Positions 34,828 through 43,992 of a DNA stretch of 57,168 bases are shown one piece after another. The notes beneath the pieces are model-generated. The model did no database searches. It was not told the origin of the DNA and worked only from the letters and a program-made list of their open reading frames with translations. The translations under genes were made by a program, and so were the position numbers. Each line of letters starts with the position of its first letter. The first letter of the stretch is position 1. This DNA comes from a virus (Duplodnaviria > Caudoviricetes). The DNA is taken from positions 1-57,168 of the IMG/VR virus record IMGVR_UViG_3300026026_000119. One strand, 5' to 3'.

Positions 34828-36864
34828 TTACCTCACGGCAAAGCTTGGTTCAAAAGCGCTTTGAAGCTTTTGCGCACCGATGCGCCCAACGTCTTTAGCA
34901 AAAGCGACCGCGATACGGTCCGGGTCAAACCCCTCGGCAAACTTCTGCTCGATGGTAAAGCGGCTGTAACGAAAGTCCTGAGTCATCTTTCCACCGCCCG
35001 TACCCGCAGGGGAGGGCTTGAAGACTTCGGGGGTAGTGCCCCACGTCTTTACGCTACCGGCTTCCGCGGCGTTTTTCTGAGAGTCAGCGACCATATCCCA
35101 CTGCTTGCCGACCTTGGGTGCCTTGTTGCTCATCGATTGCAGATCGGCTCCGAGCTTGTTGAGCCAGCCAACGATAAAATCTACCACCTCATCGAACGCC
35201 TTAATCCACAACGAAATGCCCTGATAGATCTCATCAAACCCCGGCTTTAGATAATCGTAAATGGACGTCGCGATGTAGTTGAAGACTCCTAATAGGATTT
35301 TCAGTACTGGCGTAAGTATCCTAAATATACCAAGTAACCCGGTAAAGATTGGAATGATCGCGATACCGAGGAAACTCATTATCGGTTTAGCGATATTCAT
35401 AAACGCACTACCGAAGAGCACGCCGGCGGCGATGATATCTTCGAAGATTCCTGCAAACATTCCGCCCCAAGAGGCAAAGAGCTTACTGAACGTATCCCAC
35501 TGGTCTTGTACCGTACCGATAGCGCCTACTACCGCGACCGCTACTACCGCCAGTGGCCCAAGGGCTGCGGTAATGCCCGCGATCGCTCCGCCTCCAGCGG
35601 CAGCTCCTCCCGCAGCTCCGCCCGCTCCCGCTGCGCCCGCCGCGGCTCCTCCGGCGGCCGCTGCGCCTCCCGCTCCGGTAGCCGCGGTCGCTCCCCCCAT
35701 CGCGGTAGGCACAAACCACTCGGGCATGGTAGCTGCTGCTACTTGCGCCATGGGAGCCGCCGCCGCGGCTCCTGCGGCTTTTACCGCCGATGCAGCTCCG
35801 CCTTTACCTCCGATGCCAAGAGCGCCTAGCACGGGCGTGGCTTTTGTCATTAGATAGACCCCGCCGATAACGGAGCTGAAAAGTTTCGCCTTCTCGATAA
35901 TGACGTCCCAGTGATCGGCTACGTACTTCATCAAGTCTGCAAAACGCTCTATGCCATGAGCAACCTTGGTTGCGATAAGGGTTCCGACCTCCTGAATCTT
36001 TTTCGCCATGGGAGTTAGCTCGCCGTTGGAATCAATGAGGGCGTCTCGAAGGCGTATCATCACCTTTTCTTGCGCTTCGAATATCGGCGCGGTTGCTCCC
36101 TTGACCATCGACTTGATCGTTTTACTTACCGCCGCCTCTGCCCCTCCGAAGTCGTCGCGCATGGCCTTGACGGTAGGCTCCATCTTATCAAGCGCTTGCA
36201 TTAGCAGTTTGGTACGCTCGGGAGCCGATAGTTTATTGAACTTCTCGAAAGTCATATCGGCGTGCCCCTTGAGCTGCTGCATCATCATAATGAGCTGCAT
36301 ACCGCCCGAGGTCCTCATCGAGAGCATACCCTCGTCGGGCATCAGTGCTCTACGTATCGTATAGGCGGCCGAGTCTGCTCCGACTCCCATCGCGTTGAAC
36401 GCCTCAAGCGATTTGGTGCTCATCCTAGTCATCGATTCCAAGGTGCCCCCGGTGGCGCCCTTGATTACCGGCAGCATATCTTCGACCGCTGATATGTATT
36501 GCTGAGTAGGACCGGGTAAAAACGTAGTGGCCTTGCGGATCTGATTGATGGTTTCCGCCGACTGCTCCATTCCCTTGTTGAAGTCTTTGGCCATACCGAA
36601 TGCTTGCAAAGTTCCGGTAAACTTCTGCCGAGTCTCGTGGGCAGCGTCGCCCATCGCGGCTATCGACTTCATAGCCGCCATCGCTCCCCCCCCGAGTCCG
36701 ATCAATGCAAGAGCTTTGGTAAACGGATTGAGAATGCTGGTAGCAGACGAAAGAGCCTGACCGGCCTTGCCGGCGGCCGCTCCCACCGAGTTCATTTGAT
36801 TGACGTACTGGCCAACCCCTACAGCGGAAAATATAGTTCTTGCTTGCTCGGTGGTATCAGCCAT
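34828..36864 (-). CDS. Tape measure protein (678 aa)
   Basis: Helical Ala/Gly-rich sequence with hydrophobic segments; follows chaperone. Confidence 0.85.
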   Translation of the reverse strand: MADTTEQARTIFSAVGVGQYVNQMNSVGAAAGKAGQALSSATSILNPFTKALALIGLGGGAMAAMKSIAAMGDAAHETRQKFTGTLQAFGMAKDFNKGMEQSAETINQIRKATTFLPGPTQQYISAVEDMLPVIKGATGGTLESMTRMSTKSLEAFNAMGVGADSAAYTIRRALMPDEGMLSMRTSGGMQLIMMMQQLKGHADMTFEKFNKLSAPERTKLLMQALDKMEPTVKAMRDDFGGAEAAVSKTIKSMVKGATAPIFEAQEKVMIRLRDALIDSNGELTPMAKKIQEVGTLIATKVAHGIERFADLMKYVADHWDVIIEKAKLFSSVIGGVYLMTKATPVLGALGIGGKGGAASAVKAAGAAAAAPMAQVAAATMPEWFVPTAMGGATAATGAGGAAAAGGAAAGAAGAGGAAGGAAAGGGAIAGITAALGPLAVVAVAVVGAIGTVQDQWDTFSKLFASWGGMFAGIFEDIIAAGVLFGSAFMNIAKPIMSFLGIAIIPIFTGLLGIFRILTPVLKILLGVFNYIATSIYDYLKPGFDEIYQGISLWIKAFDEVVDFIVGWLNKLGADLQSMSNKAPKVGKQWDMVADSQKNAAEAGSVKTWGTTPEVFKPSPAGTGGGKMTQDFRYSRFTIEQKFAEGFDPDRIAVAFAKDVGRIGAQKLQSAFEPSFAVR

Positions 36865-36865
36865 A

Positions 36866-37470
36866 TCACATGTCCGTTTCTAGGCGCGATGCCATTGAGT
36901 CCTTTTCCCGTCTTAGTAGCTCCGCTACCTCATCAGCGAGCATGTAAAACCTCCGAGCTGGCATTGCCAAAACAACGTTGACGGGTTGATGCCCGTATCG
37001 GCCGAGAAACGCCACCGTTTGCATGATCGTCCGCTCAAGCGGTGGCGAGTGCTGGATCTGGTAGGCAAAAGAGCCGACTGTTAGCCAACCTCCACTGTTT
37101 CGTCCGCTAAAAAATCTTTCATGTCAGCGGGCTCGGGCGTATGGATTTTTCCGTAGGCGCCGATAACAAACTGTCGGCCTTTCTCTCCTATCGCGTTCCA
37201 AATCCGATCCGAAGAGCCATCGGCTGTAGTGACCTTCTGACCGTTGGCTTTTCGCAAAGCCTCAAGAGGCGCCTCGTACAAAAACCGCAAGCTGTTATTG
37301 CCGCATCGGTTTAGAACGAGAAGCATTTCGTCCATGGTCAGCTCCATAAGGCCCACGGTATTGACGCCCGAGCGAGTGGAGATTTCTTTATTGAATTTAT
37401 ACACGTATACAGGCCGACCGGTAACCCGCTCGGCTTGCTCTAGTAGTTTCTGTTCAAACTCGTTTGCCAT
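36866..37470 (-). CDS. Tail assembly chaperone, -1 frameshift-extended (GT-like) form
   Basis: Slippery T TTT TTA at 37114-37108; the -1 frame stays open for 80 codons to TGA 36868-36866, 1 nt before the tape measure ATG. Confidence 0.8.
37081..37470 (-). CDS. Tail assembly chaperone (G-like)
   Basis: Between tube and tape measure; GAGGG RBS. Confidence 0.8.
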   Translation of the reverse strand: MANEFEQKLLEQAERVTGRPVYVYKFNKEISTRSGVNTVGLMELTMDEMLLVLNRCGNNSLRFLYEAPLEALRKANGQKVTTADGSSDRIWNAIGEKGRQFVIGAYGKIHTPEPADMKDFLADETVEVG

Positions 37471-37506
37471 TTGTCTTTCCCTCTTTTATCGCCCCGCTTA
37501 TATGCC

Positions 37507-37935
37507 TCAGTTGACTACCGTGGCTTCAGGAGCTTCGAAATCTAGCTTCACGGTACCGAACTCATTTCGGCCACCGAACGTCATGGGAATGTCGCCAAAC
37601 TCGACATCGGAAATCGTGATACGAGGACGGCTCCCGTTAGGATGTTGCAAGGTGGCTTTGATATTGATTTTGGTTCCCGCGGTGCGCGTTCGAGCACGGC
37701 CCACGACCTTATTGATAAAGTCCAAGACGCCCGTGTTATCAAGGTGCATCTCAAGGTTTCCCGAGATACCCATAAACAGCGAGTCCTTGCGGTTAGTGGT
37801 CTCGTTCAAATAGCCTTCCGAGCTTTTGCTTAGCTGCCAGGTGACCTCGAAACTTCGGATGGCGGTGAGGTTTCTTTGAGGAGAACCGTCGGCGATTATT
37901 GTGATTTCAACCTCTTGACCTTTAATCCTTTGCAT
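37507..37935 (-). CDS. Tail tube protein
   Basis: 142-aa beta-rich ORF directly after sheath. Confidence 0.8.
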   Translation of the reverse strand: MQRIKGQEVEITIIADGSPQRNLTAIRSFEVTWQLSKSSEGYLNETTNRKDSLFMGISGNLEMHLDNTGVLDFINKVVGRARTRTAGTKINIKATLQHPNGSRPRITISDVEFGDIPMTFGGRNEFGTVKLDFEAPEATVVN

Positions 37936-37958
37936 TTGCTATTTCTCCGTGGTTGACC

Positions 37959-38008
37959 CTTAAACGACGAAAGGCTCGCTTGGTAATCCAAACGAGCCCT
38001 ATCCTCTC
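37959..38008 (-). terminator. Terminator-like hairpin, repeat unit 2
   Basis: GGCTCGTTTGG-ATTA-CCAAGCGAGCC followed by TTTCGTCGTTT. Confidence 0.55.
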
Positions 38009-38014
38009 AATACG

Positions 38015-38064
38015 CTTAAACGAGAAAAGGCTGTCTCGGTTTCCCGAAACAGCCCTATCCTCTC
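38015..38064 (-). terminator. Terminator-like hairpin, repeat unit 1
   Basis: GGCTGTTTCGG-GAAA-CCGAGACAGCC followed by TTTTCTCGTTT. Confidence 0.65.
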
Positions 38065-38122
38065 GAAAGAGAGTGCGGCCGCAGTAGCTCAGGGGGGTGT
38101 CCGAGCTACATTTCTCACTTAT

Positions 38123-38151
38123 AGAATAGGTGAGTTACGTAGATCGGTCAA
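38123..38151 (-). promoter_or_regulatory. Sigma70-like promoter downstream of sheath
   Basis: TTGACC (38151-38146)-N17-TATTCT (38128-38123). Confidence 0.7.
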
Positions 38152-38155
38152 GACT

Positions 38156-40210
38156 CTACGCCGCTTGCGCGATAACCACGCCTTCGCCGATATTGCACTG
38201 AAGCACAATAAAGTCAGAGGTGGGAGTGGTACGCACTCGTACGATAATCACGTAAATGCCCTTGGCCTCTAACTCGGGAGTATTGCCGCCGTGAGAATCG
38301 ACTTGGTACTGCGTAATGCGACTTGCCGCGGGGTTATTGGGGCTAAGCAGCTCGTTGAGAAACGCTACTACCTCGGTCTCGGCATCGTCTTTGAGACCTT
38401 GGGTAAGAGGCTGTTTGGAAAAGTATACGAGCCGCTCAGCAAGCGAGTCCTCGATGAAGTCCGCGATGCGCCTGCGATTGATGTTGGTCTCGCCCGAGAC
38501 AAGACTTGTGGTGATACCGCTCTGAATGATGGGACCGGCGGTCCGGTCGATACGAATGCCTGCTATGCCCTTGTTGCGCATCAGAGTGTACTCACCGATT
38601 CCAAGCTCTCCTACTCCGCGCTGAATACCCATGATGGGCGAGAAGATTTCCGGTACCGGCGCCGACGCTTGACCGGGGTTGCGCTCCGGAGGCAGTACCG
38701 ACAAAAGACTCGCTAAATAATGGTCCATCGAGTCGTCGAGTATGCCGTCCTCGGTAAAGTCGCTATTGGCCGTGGCAATCAATGTACCGACCGCCTCGGG
38801 CACTGAATGTACAACGCCTGGCCATGCGTAAAAAACGCGCTCGTTTCGAGTCGCTCCTACCCCTGGATCGGAATCTGATACGGCGCTAAGCACGCTCAGG
38901 GTTTGCACCGAGGGCGAGATAATCGCAACGCGTCCCCGGCCCTTGTTGCTCGCTTCCAGCACGTGGCTCTTGAGCTTAGTGGCAATGGTGGAGTACTTGC
39001 GAGCCGCTACCACGATATTGATATCGCGAGTGGGCGATTGCTGGCTCACAAGGCCATCGATAGCCGATTGGTACAAAGCAGCGATTGCGGCGGAGGCCGC
39101 CGGGTTAGACACCTGAGTAGCGGCGGTAAAGGCGGTGGCGGTAGTGGGGTGAATCATCCCGCCTAAGCCGCTTAGCACGTCGGCCGAATCGCCCGTAAGA
39201 GCAGCGGGCGCAACCGCGGGCACAAGAAGTCCAGCGGCAGTAAACGTGCCGTCTGTAAGACCGCCAGAAGAGTTTGTGATCGGACGAATCGGAATGATAA
39301 AGCCGCCCGCGTCGTTCGAGTCGTAGCCGCCGGGAGTCGAAGTGCCAAGGGTGCGCTCGGGCGCACTGTCGGCGTCAGGCGAGCGGTGAAGCCGCCATGG
39401 AATCGCGGTCCTGTCGCCAGCAATGGCAAAGGTAACGCCATCGAGCCGCTCGATCACGATATCGTGACCGGTAGACGGCGTGCTGTAGACGCGATAGGTG
39501 CCCGCTTCCGCGGGTGCAACCGCTCCGGCGTTGTTGTTGCCAATAACGATAATGTCGCCCTTACGAGCGCCGAGGTTGCCATCGGGCCGCACGATTGTGG
39601 ACCAATCAATAGCGGCGGAGCTAAACGTCTGAGTCACGGCAGTAGAGGCGGTAGCGAGCGTGCCGCCTACTCCGTCTGCGATAGTCGGGTAGTTAGTAAA
39701 CTGTACTCGCTTTGCGACCTTGAGACGACCGGTGCTGATACGGAACTCTCGGCCCGCTGAAATCGTAGCTCCCTCAACGGGCACAACGGGCGTCGTGTTG
39801 GTAGAGGTAGTGCATAGCGGAAGCTGGCGCCAGAAGCGCGAGCCTTGAGCCGAAGCGAGATTGACGGGCGCTACTATCAAGCGGCTAAACTTCTTGTTTC
39901 TAAGCGCGGCAAAGAGATTGCCTAAGCTCTTGCCGAACTCGCCCAACGTGGCATCCCAGCCGCCGATTTTGTTTACCAAGTCGCTAGAGCCGAACACCTC
40001 GGTCGGCTGTATCTTGGTAGAGATTACTCCCGCGGTATCGTAGGTAGTAGCCAAGCCGCAATCGGCCGCTTCCCCTACAAACGCGACGGTTCCGACGCCC
40101 ACGCCATTGACCGCTCCTGGTGGCGGCAAGTCAATGATGATCACGCCTTCGATTTGTCGGATGACTTCTACGCCGGGATAGAAACCGTATCTGCGAATAA
40201 AACCAGCCAT
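38156..40210 (-). CDS. Tail sheath protein
   Basis: PGV.V...GVGVGTVAFVGE N-terminus; INRRRIADFI...FLNEL C-terminus; AGGAGG RBS. Confidence 0.92.
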   Translation of the reverse strand: MAGFIRRYGFYPGVEVIRQIEGVIIIDLPPPGAVNGVGVGTVAFVGEAADCGLATTYDTAGVISTKIQPTEVFGSSDLVNKIGGWDATLGEFGKSLGNLFAALRNKKFSRLIVAPVNLASAQGSRFWRQLPLCTTSTNTTPVVPVEGATISAGREFRISTGRLKVAKRVQFTNYPTIADGVGGTLATASTAVTQTFSSAAIDWSTIVRPDGNLGARKGDIIVIGNNNAGAVAPAEAGTYRVYSTPSTGHDIVIERLDGVTFAIAGDRTAIPWRLHRSPDADSAPERTLGTSTPGGYDSNDAGGFIIPIRPITNSSGGLTDGTFTAAGLLVPAVAPAALTGDSADVLSGLGGMIHPTTATAFTAATQVSNPAASAAIAALYQSAIDGLVSQQSPTRDINIVVAARKYSTIATKLKSHVLEASNKGRGRVAIISPSVQTLSVLSAVSDSDPGVGATRNERVFYAWPGVVHSVPEAVGTLIATANSDFTEDGILDDSMDHYLASLLSVLPPERNPGQASAPVPEIFSPIMGIQRGVGELGIGEYTLMRNKGIAGIRIDRTAGPIIQSGITTSLVSGETNINRRRIADFIEDSLAERLVYFSKQPLTQGLKDDAETEVVAFLNELLSPNNPAASRITQYQVDSHGGNTPELEAKGIYVIIVRVRTTPTSDFIVLQCNIGEGVVIAQAA

Positions 40211-40266
40211 GGGAGCTACCTCCTATTGCAATAGTACTCTATGTCTAATGGGTATAACACATTTAC

Positions 40267-40941
40267 CTATTCAATCGCTACGTCCGGACCGATACCGCCT
40301 TGACCGCTCTCGGCCTCGCCAGCGTCGATTCTGAAGTCAGGCTTGGGTACGATTCCGACAAAGCGCATCTGAGGGCACATACCGTCTAAGATAACTCGCC
40401 CCACTCGGATTCGCCGCTGCGCCACTACCGGGCCGTCTTCGTATTTATTGTCAAGCTTCTCGAACGTTGCTCTCACGTTATGGTAATGCGGCAGCTCAAG
40501 GATAAATCCGCTACGCCAATCGCACGGGTCAAAAGCGTCTTCGAGCATTGCCATAAGCGCCATACGCTCAACCGGATCGGTGGCGGTAAACTCAACCGAG
40601 ATTCGCAGTTTCAGTTCCGACGCCTTACGAAGCTGTAGTCCATCGCCTATATCGTAGGTTTGCGGCGTGAGATTGGAAGTGTCGTAAATGCCATCGCCTT
40701 CGGCATAAACGCACGCGCTCGGATACTTGGAATCGTTCTCGGGCTCACTCCAGGTTTCGAGCACCTGCTTGAAGTAACTGCGCCGCCCTCCTACCCAATC
40801 GATACTAAGCTGTCTTAGGTACTCGGCTACCCCTCGGGTCATCGCCGTGCGAACATCGGTCTCGCGCCGCGACGTAACCGACTGCTCGTCTCCGGGCAGA
40901 GGTATCAATCGAGTCGTGGCGGTAGACGAATCGTAAGCCAT
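40267..40941 (-). CDS. Tail completion/terminator-like protein
   Basis: Position before sheath; YPSACV motif. Confidence 0.6.
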   Translation of the reverse strand: MAYDSSTATTRLIPLPGDEQSVTSRRETDVRTAMTRGVAEYLRQLSIDWVGGRRSYFKQVLETWSEPENDSKYPSACVYAEGDGIYDTSNLTPQTYDIGDGLQLRKASELKLRISVEFTATDPVERMALMAMLEDAFDPCDWRSGFILELPHYHNVRATFEKLDNKYEDGPVVAQRRIRVGRVILDGMCPQMRFVGIVPKPDFRIDAGEAESGQGGIGPDVAIE

Positions 40942-41444
40942 CAGCCCACCTTTGCCATTCGGATGGCCTCTTTGGTTGAGTCCTCTTTGGCTTTATCGAG
41001 GCCCGATTTGAACCGCTTCTTGGCAAAGCGTTGAAACGGTAGTGAGCTCATGAGCGGAGTAGGGGCGATGCCTTTGGTAGCAATCTTTCGCGACACGACG
41101 TACCCGAGGGTAGGGTCGCCGAGCTTTCTGCCGCACCATGCGGCTATCTTACTAATCGGCGGCCACTTGCCCGGCTTTCGCCCGAACTCTACCCAAAAAT
41201 GATGAGGAGCCGTGTTGATAAACTCTATCTCTAATCCGCCGTGTCTTTTTTTCGTAGCCCAGCCTCGAAGGAGCGCTCCGAGATCAATCTTTTTGGCTGC
41301 ATGCGTGCGCGCCCTCAAATCGTTGAGACAATCGTTAGTGGCTTTTTCCCATTCCTTTTTGACCGCTTTATGCAAAAGCGCAGCTCGCCTCTTGTTCATC
41401 TTGCCAAGCTGCTTGAGACCGATATTGAAGTGATAGATAGCCAT
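40941..41444 (-). CDS. Neck protein (HK97 gp10-like)
   Basis: DLGALLRGW...NTAPH..WVEFGRKPGKWPP...I..W...IATKG; start re-assigned to 41444. Confidence 0.75.
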   Translation of the reverse strand: MAIYHFNIGLKQLGKMNKRRAALLHKAVKKEWEKATNDCLNDLRARTHAAKKIDLGALLRGWATKKRHGGLEIEFINTAPHHFWVEFGRKPGKWPPISKIAAWCGRKLGDPTLGYVVSRKIATKGIAPTPLMSSLPFQRFAKKRFKSGLDKAKEDSTKEAIRMAKVG

Positions 41445-42016
41445 CAGTGGTGAATCTCCCCCACGCGCTCCCTGTCGGCCACCACTCGTATCAGCCTTAC
41501 GATCCACTGATTGTTTATCAGGTCAAGGTGAGGGGCGGCGTTGATAATAAACCGCCGTCTTGGGCCTAATCCATCCGGTTGCAGTAGCCTTACCTCCCAA
41601 TAGAAGTTTTCATCCGCACCGATATCGATTCCACCGGGCTCTCGGCCGCATAACTCGTCTTCTGTATACCGAGCGCTTACCTGTGAAATACTAAACGAGC
41701 CTTGCTCCTGGCTACCGATGTTTTCAAGCACGGTGTTTACCGCGTTGAGGTTATCGACCTTGGGAGTAGGCAATACGTAAGTCTCGCTTACAAGTTCCTC
41801 TAATCCCACGCCCCGCTCGCCTCCCGTCCAGCGCGTCTTTATCATGAGCACCTGATAAGGCCGCGTGCCAAGGCAAGTAGCGAGGTCTCGCACGGCGTCT
41901 ACGCACGGCGTGAGGTTACGCGCGAAAGTTCGCGTAAACTCAGTGGGCGACAGTACGGTAAACCGGTGATGGCAGCGGCACGGTACCTGTCCGCATTTAG
42001 CTCCGCCGCATCCCAT
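41444..42016 (-). CDS. Head closure/neck protein
   Basis: Position in head-tail joining block. Confidence 0.55.
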   Translation of the reverse strand: MGCGGAKCGQVPCRCHHRFTVLSPTEFTRTFARNLTPCVDAVRDLATCLGTRPYQVLMIKTRWTGGERGVGLEELVSETYVLPTPKVDNLNAVNTVLENIGSQEQGSFSISQVSARYTEDELCGREPGGIDIGADENFYWEVRLLQPDGLGPRRRFIINAAPHLDLINNQWIVRLIRVVADRERVGEIHH

Positions 42017-42017
42017 G

Positions 42018-42482
42018 TTATCCGTACACCGCTATCGAGCGACCTGGGCCGCCACCGCGGTACCGATGAGCATAGGGGTAGAACGGCACTCCGAGCGCAT
42101 CGCAAAGCCTTTTGCCCCATCGGACGTATTCTCGCTCGATAAGGTCGGGATGAGTAAGTCCCGATTGCGCTCCTCGAAGACGAATCTCGCCTATCTGCTC
42201 GACGGCGAGAAAGCAGCCGACGTTTTCGAGCTGCTCTTCGAACTTATTAAGATTGGCTATACACCTTCGCACAATCTCTACGCCGTAGGGATTGGTCAGA
42301 AGGTTATTGATAGCGGACTCGACTAAGAACGCGGTCTGTACGGGGCGCGAGACGCCAAACTGCAAAGACGCGGCCACCATGGTCGAGCCAAACGAAGTTA
42401 GCATATATCCGAGGTGAAACCTGATTTGCGACTTCTCTTCTTCGGTCAACGCGACTGATGTTGGCATAGTCCGTTTCGCCAT
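42018..42482 (-). CDS. Head-tail adaptor-like protein
   Basis: LTEEEKSQIRFHLGY N-terminus; helical; position after capsid. Start uncertain. Confidence 0.6.
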   Translation of the reverse strand: MAKRTMPTSVALTEEEKSQIRFHLGYMLTSFGSTMVAASLQFGVSRPVQTAFLVESAINNLLTNPYGVEIVRRCIANLNKFEEQLENVGCFLAVEQIGEIRLRGAQSGLTHPDLIEREYVRWGKRLCDALGVPFYPYAHRYRGGGPGRSIAVYG

Positions 42483-43231
42483 TCCTCGGGAGTTTTTGAA
42501 AACTTACTTGCGTTACAGCTTCTACAAGCGGGGGCCAGGTTCTCTTTTATATTATTCCCTCCGCGAGAAATCGGCAATATGTGGTCGATCTCGGTTGCGG
42601 GTTCACCGCAATAAACACACGGTGTTTTCAATAACTCTTTTCGTTCTTGAGCCGTCAAGCCGTTTTTTCGAAGTGCATATCGCTGCTTGTAATACTTTTT
42701 CCTAAGAGCCTTGTGCTTGTCGGGGTACTTTATTTCCCAGCGTTTTGCCGATTCGTTTCGCTTTTTAGGATCGGCGGCATATCGTCTTTTCGCACGCTCT
42801 TTTTCGTAATCGGGATGTTTATCTATCCAAGCCTTGACCGATGCCTGTGCTTTTTTAGGATGACGTTTTCTGTACTTTCTTTGAAGCCTCGCGTGTGCGC
42901 CGGGGTTTTTCTCTCGCCATAGGTACATTCTTTGCTTTTCGCATACTTTGCACTTGGGCTCGTAACACAAAAACCTACCGTCTTTTTTCCTGGGCCAGAA
43001 TTCGGTAACGGGCTTTTCCGCTCCACATCCCTTACACGTCTTTACGGAAAGAGCCTTGTCCCGAACGTGCTCTTTGAAACCCGCCGCCTCCCTCTTTCCC
43101 CTATACCTTTCGCGATAAAGCTCGTTGTAACACGCGCGGCATTGATTTCTAGGTACCTTGGATTTGCCCGTGGCGCCGAACTCGACTATCGATTGCTCAC
43201 GATTACAAATGGAGCACAACTTCTGTTCCAT
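42446..43231 (-). CDS. Free-standing HNH endonuclease with two Zn-finger repeats
   Basis: CxxC..EF..CxxC twice; CVYCG..ATEIDHILPISRGG.N...NLAPACRSCNASK. Confidence 0.92.
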   Translation of the reverse strand: MEQKLCSICNREQSIVEFGATGKSKVPRNQCRACYNELYRERYRGKREAAGFKEHVRDKALSVKTCKGCGAEKPVTEFWPRKKDGRFLCYEPKCKVCEKQRMYLWREKNPGAHARLQRKYRKRHPKKAQASVKAWIDKHPDYEKERAKRRYAADPKKRNESAKRWEIKYPDKHKALRKKYYKQRYALRKNGLTAQERKELLKTPCVYCGEPATEIDHILPISRGGNNIKENLAPACRSCNASKFSKTPEEWRNGLCQHQSR

Positions 43232-43282
43232 ACTGCAAGTTTACCGCGAAACCGTGGTAACGCAACCAGTCCTTTTCTACGC

Positions 43283-43639
43283 CTACTCCTTTACCAGCTC
43301 TAGCGCGACCCCCGCGTTGCGCATTCTCTCAATGCACCCTGGGCCATGTGAGTGCTCACCGACAAGATTGCCCTTTCTAAGCTTTATCATCGAAGATTCC
43401 CAGCTAATGCGCTTGTCGCTCAACACGCGATAGACAACCGGGGCGGCCGCCACGGGAGCGGTCACTACTGTCGGCCATTTGTCCTTGGCCTTGGTCGCTT
43501 CTGCTACGTGAGCGGGCGCGGCAATCGGAGAAGGAGCCGCTGGCGGCTCTGGCTTACGATGCTCGACCGCGCCTACCTTTGACTGCTCAATCGGATCAAC
43601 AGGTCTGCCGGTTTCATCTCTTTTTTTCCCTAACGCCAT
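43283..43639 (-). CDS. Hypothetical head-region protein
   Basis: AAGGAGAGG RBS; Pro/Ala-rich linker. Confidence 0.7.
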   Translation of the reverse strand: MALGKKRDETGRPVDPIEQSKVGAVEHRKPEPPAAPSPIAAPAHVAEATKAKDKWPTVVTAPVAAAPVVYRVLSDKRISWESSMIKLRKGNLVGEHSHGPGCIERMRNAGVALELVKE

Positions 43640-43698
43640 AGGACCTCTCCTTCAAAAGTTAAGGTGGCAACGCGGCGTCTCAAAGTATGAAAAAAGCT

Positions 43699-43992
43699 TT
43701 AAGCCATTTGACGAGTGGCTAACTCGGCACTTTTATCAAACATAAGAGACGCCGCAGAGCATAGAAGCGTAAAAACGCTCACGAGCTCCTCGATAACAGA
43801 AGTGATTCGCGAATCACTAATATATCGTGTCGCCGAAAGACCGGTCGCGGTTCTATGGCAAAAGCCAAGGATTGCGACCGGTTCACGGGGTAACAAGACC
43901 CCTAAATGGAGCCCGAAGGCTCCTGCAAAGGAGCAATGTCGCAACGAGTGCAATAATGCTCCTTTGACAAAATATATGACCGACCCGCTCAT
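43699..43992 (-). CDS. Hypothetical protein
   Basis: ATG overlaps capsid stop (TAATG). Confidence 0.45.
   Translation of the reverse strand: MSGSVIYFVKGALLHSLRHCSFAGAFGLHLGVLLPREPVAILGFCHRTATGLSATRYISDSRITSVIEELVSVFTLLCSAASLMFDKSAELATRQMA

Larger units (their letters stand above)
37959..38116 (-). ncRNA. Putative structured small RNA/leader with tandem hairpin repeats
   Basis: Own promoter; four hairpins with UUCG and GAAA tetraloops and G-U pairs that form on the - strand; two 50-nt repeats with compensatory changes. Confidence 0.65.

Noticed and set aside
35570-35830. GC-rich short repeats in the tape measure gene
   Set aside because: Explained by a Gly/Ala low-complexity protein segment (codon-phase repeats).
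37959-38064. Possible mini-CRISPR array
   Set aside because: Only two units; the variable part is a co-varying stem rather than a spacer; the linker is 6 nt; no cas genes.
30004-40210. Extracellular contractile injection system or tailocin
   Set aside because: Terminase, portal, capsid and replication genes are present, so this is a complete phage.
40223-40236. Palindrome CTATTGCAATAG before the sheath; TACTATTGCA also occurs near 56929
   Set aside because: Only two occurrences, in different orientation relative to the late genes; insufficient to call a late-promoter motif.
42018-43639. Group I intron housing the HNH gene
   Set aside because: Flanking ORFs look complete, and there is no non-coding space for an intron core.
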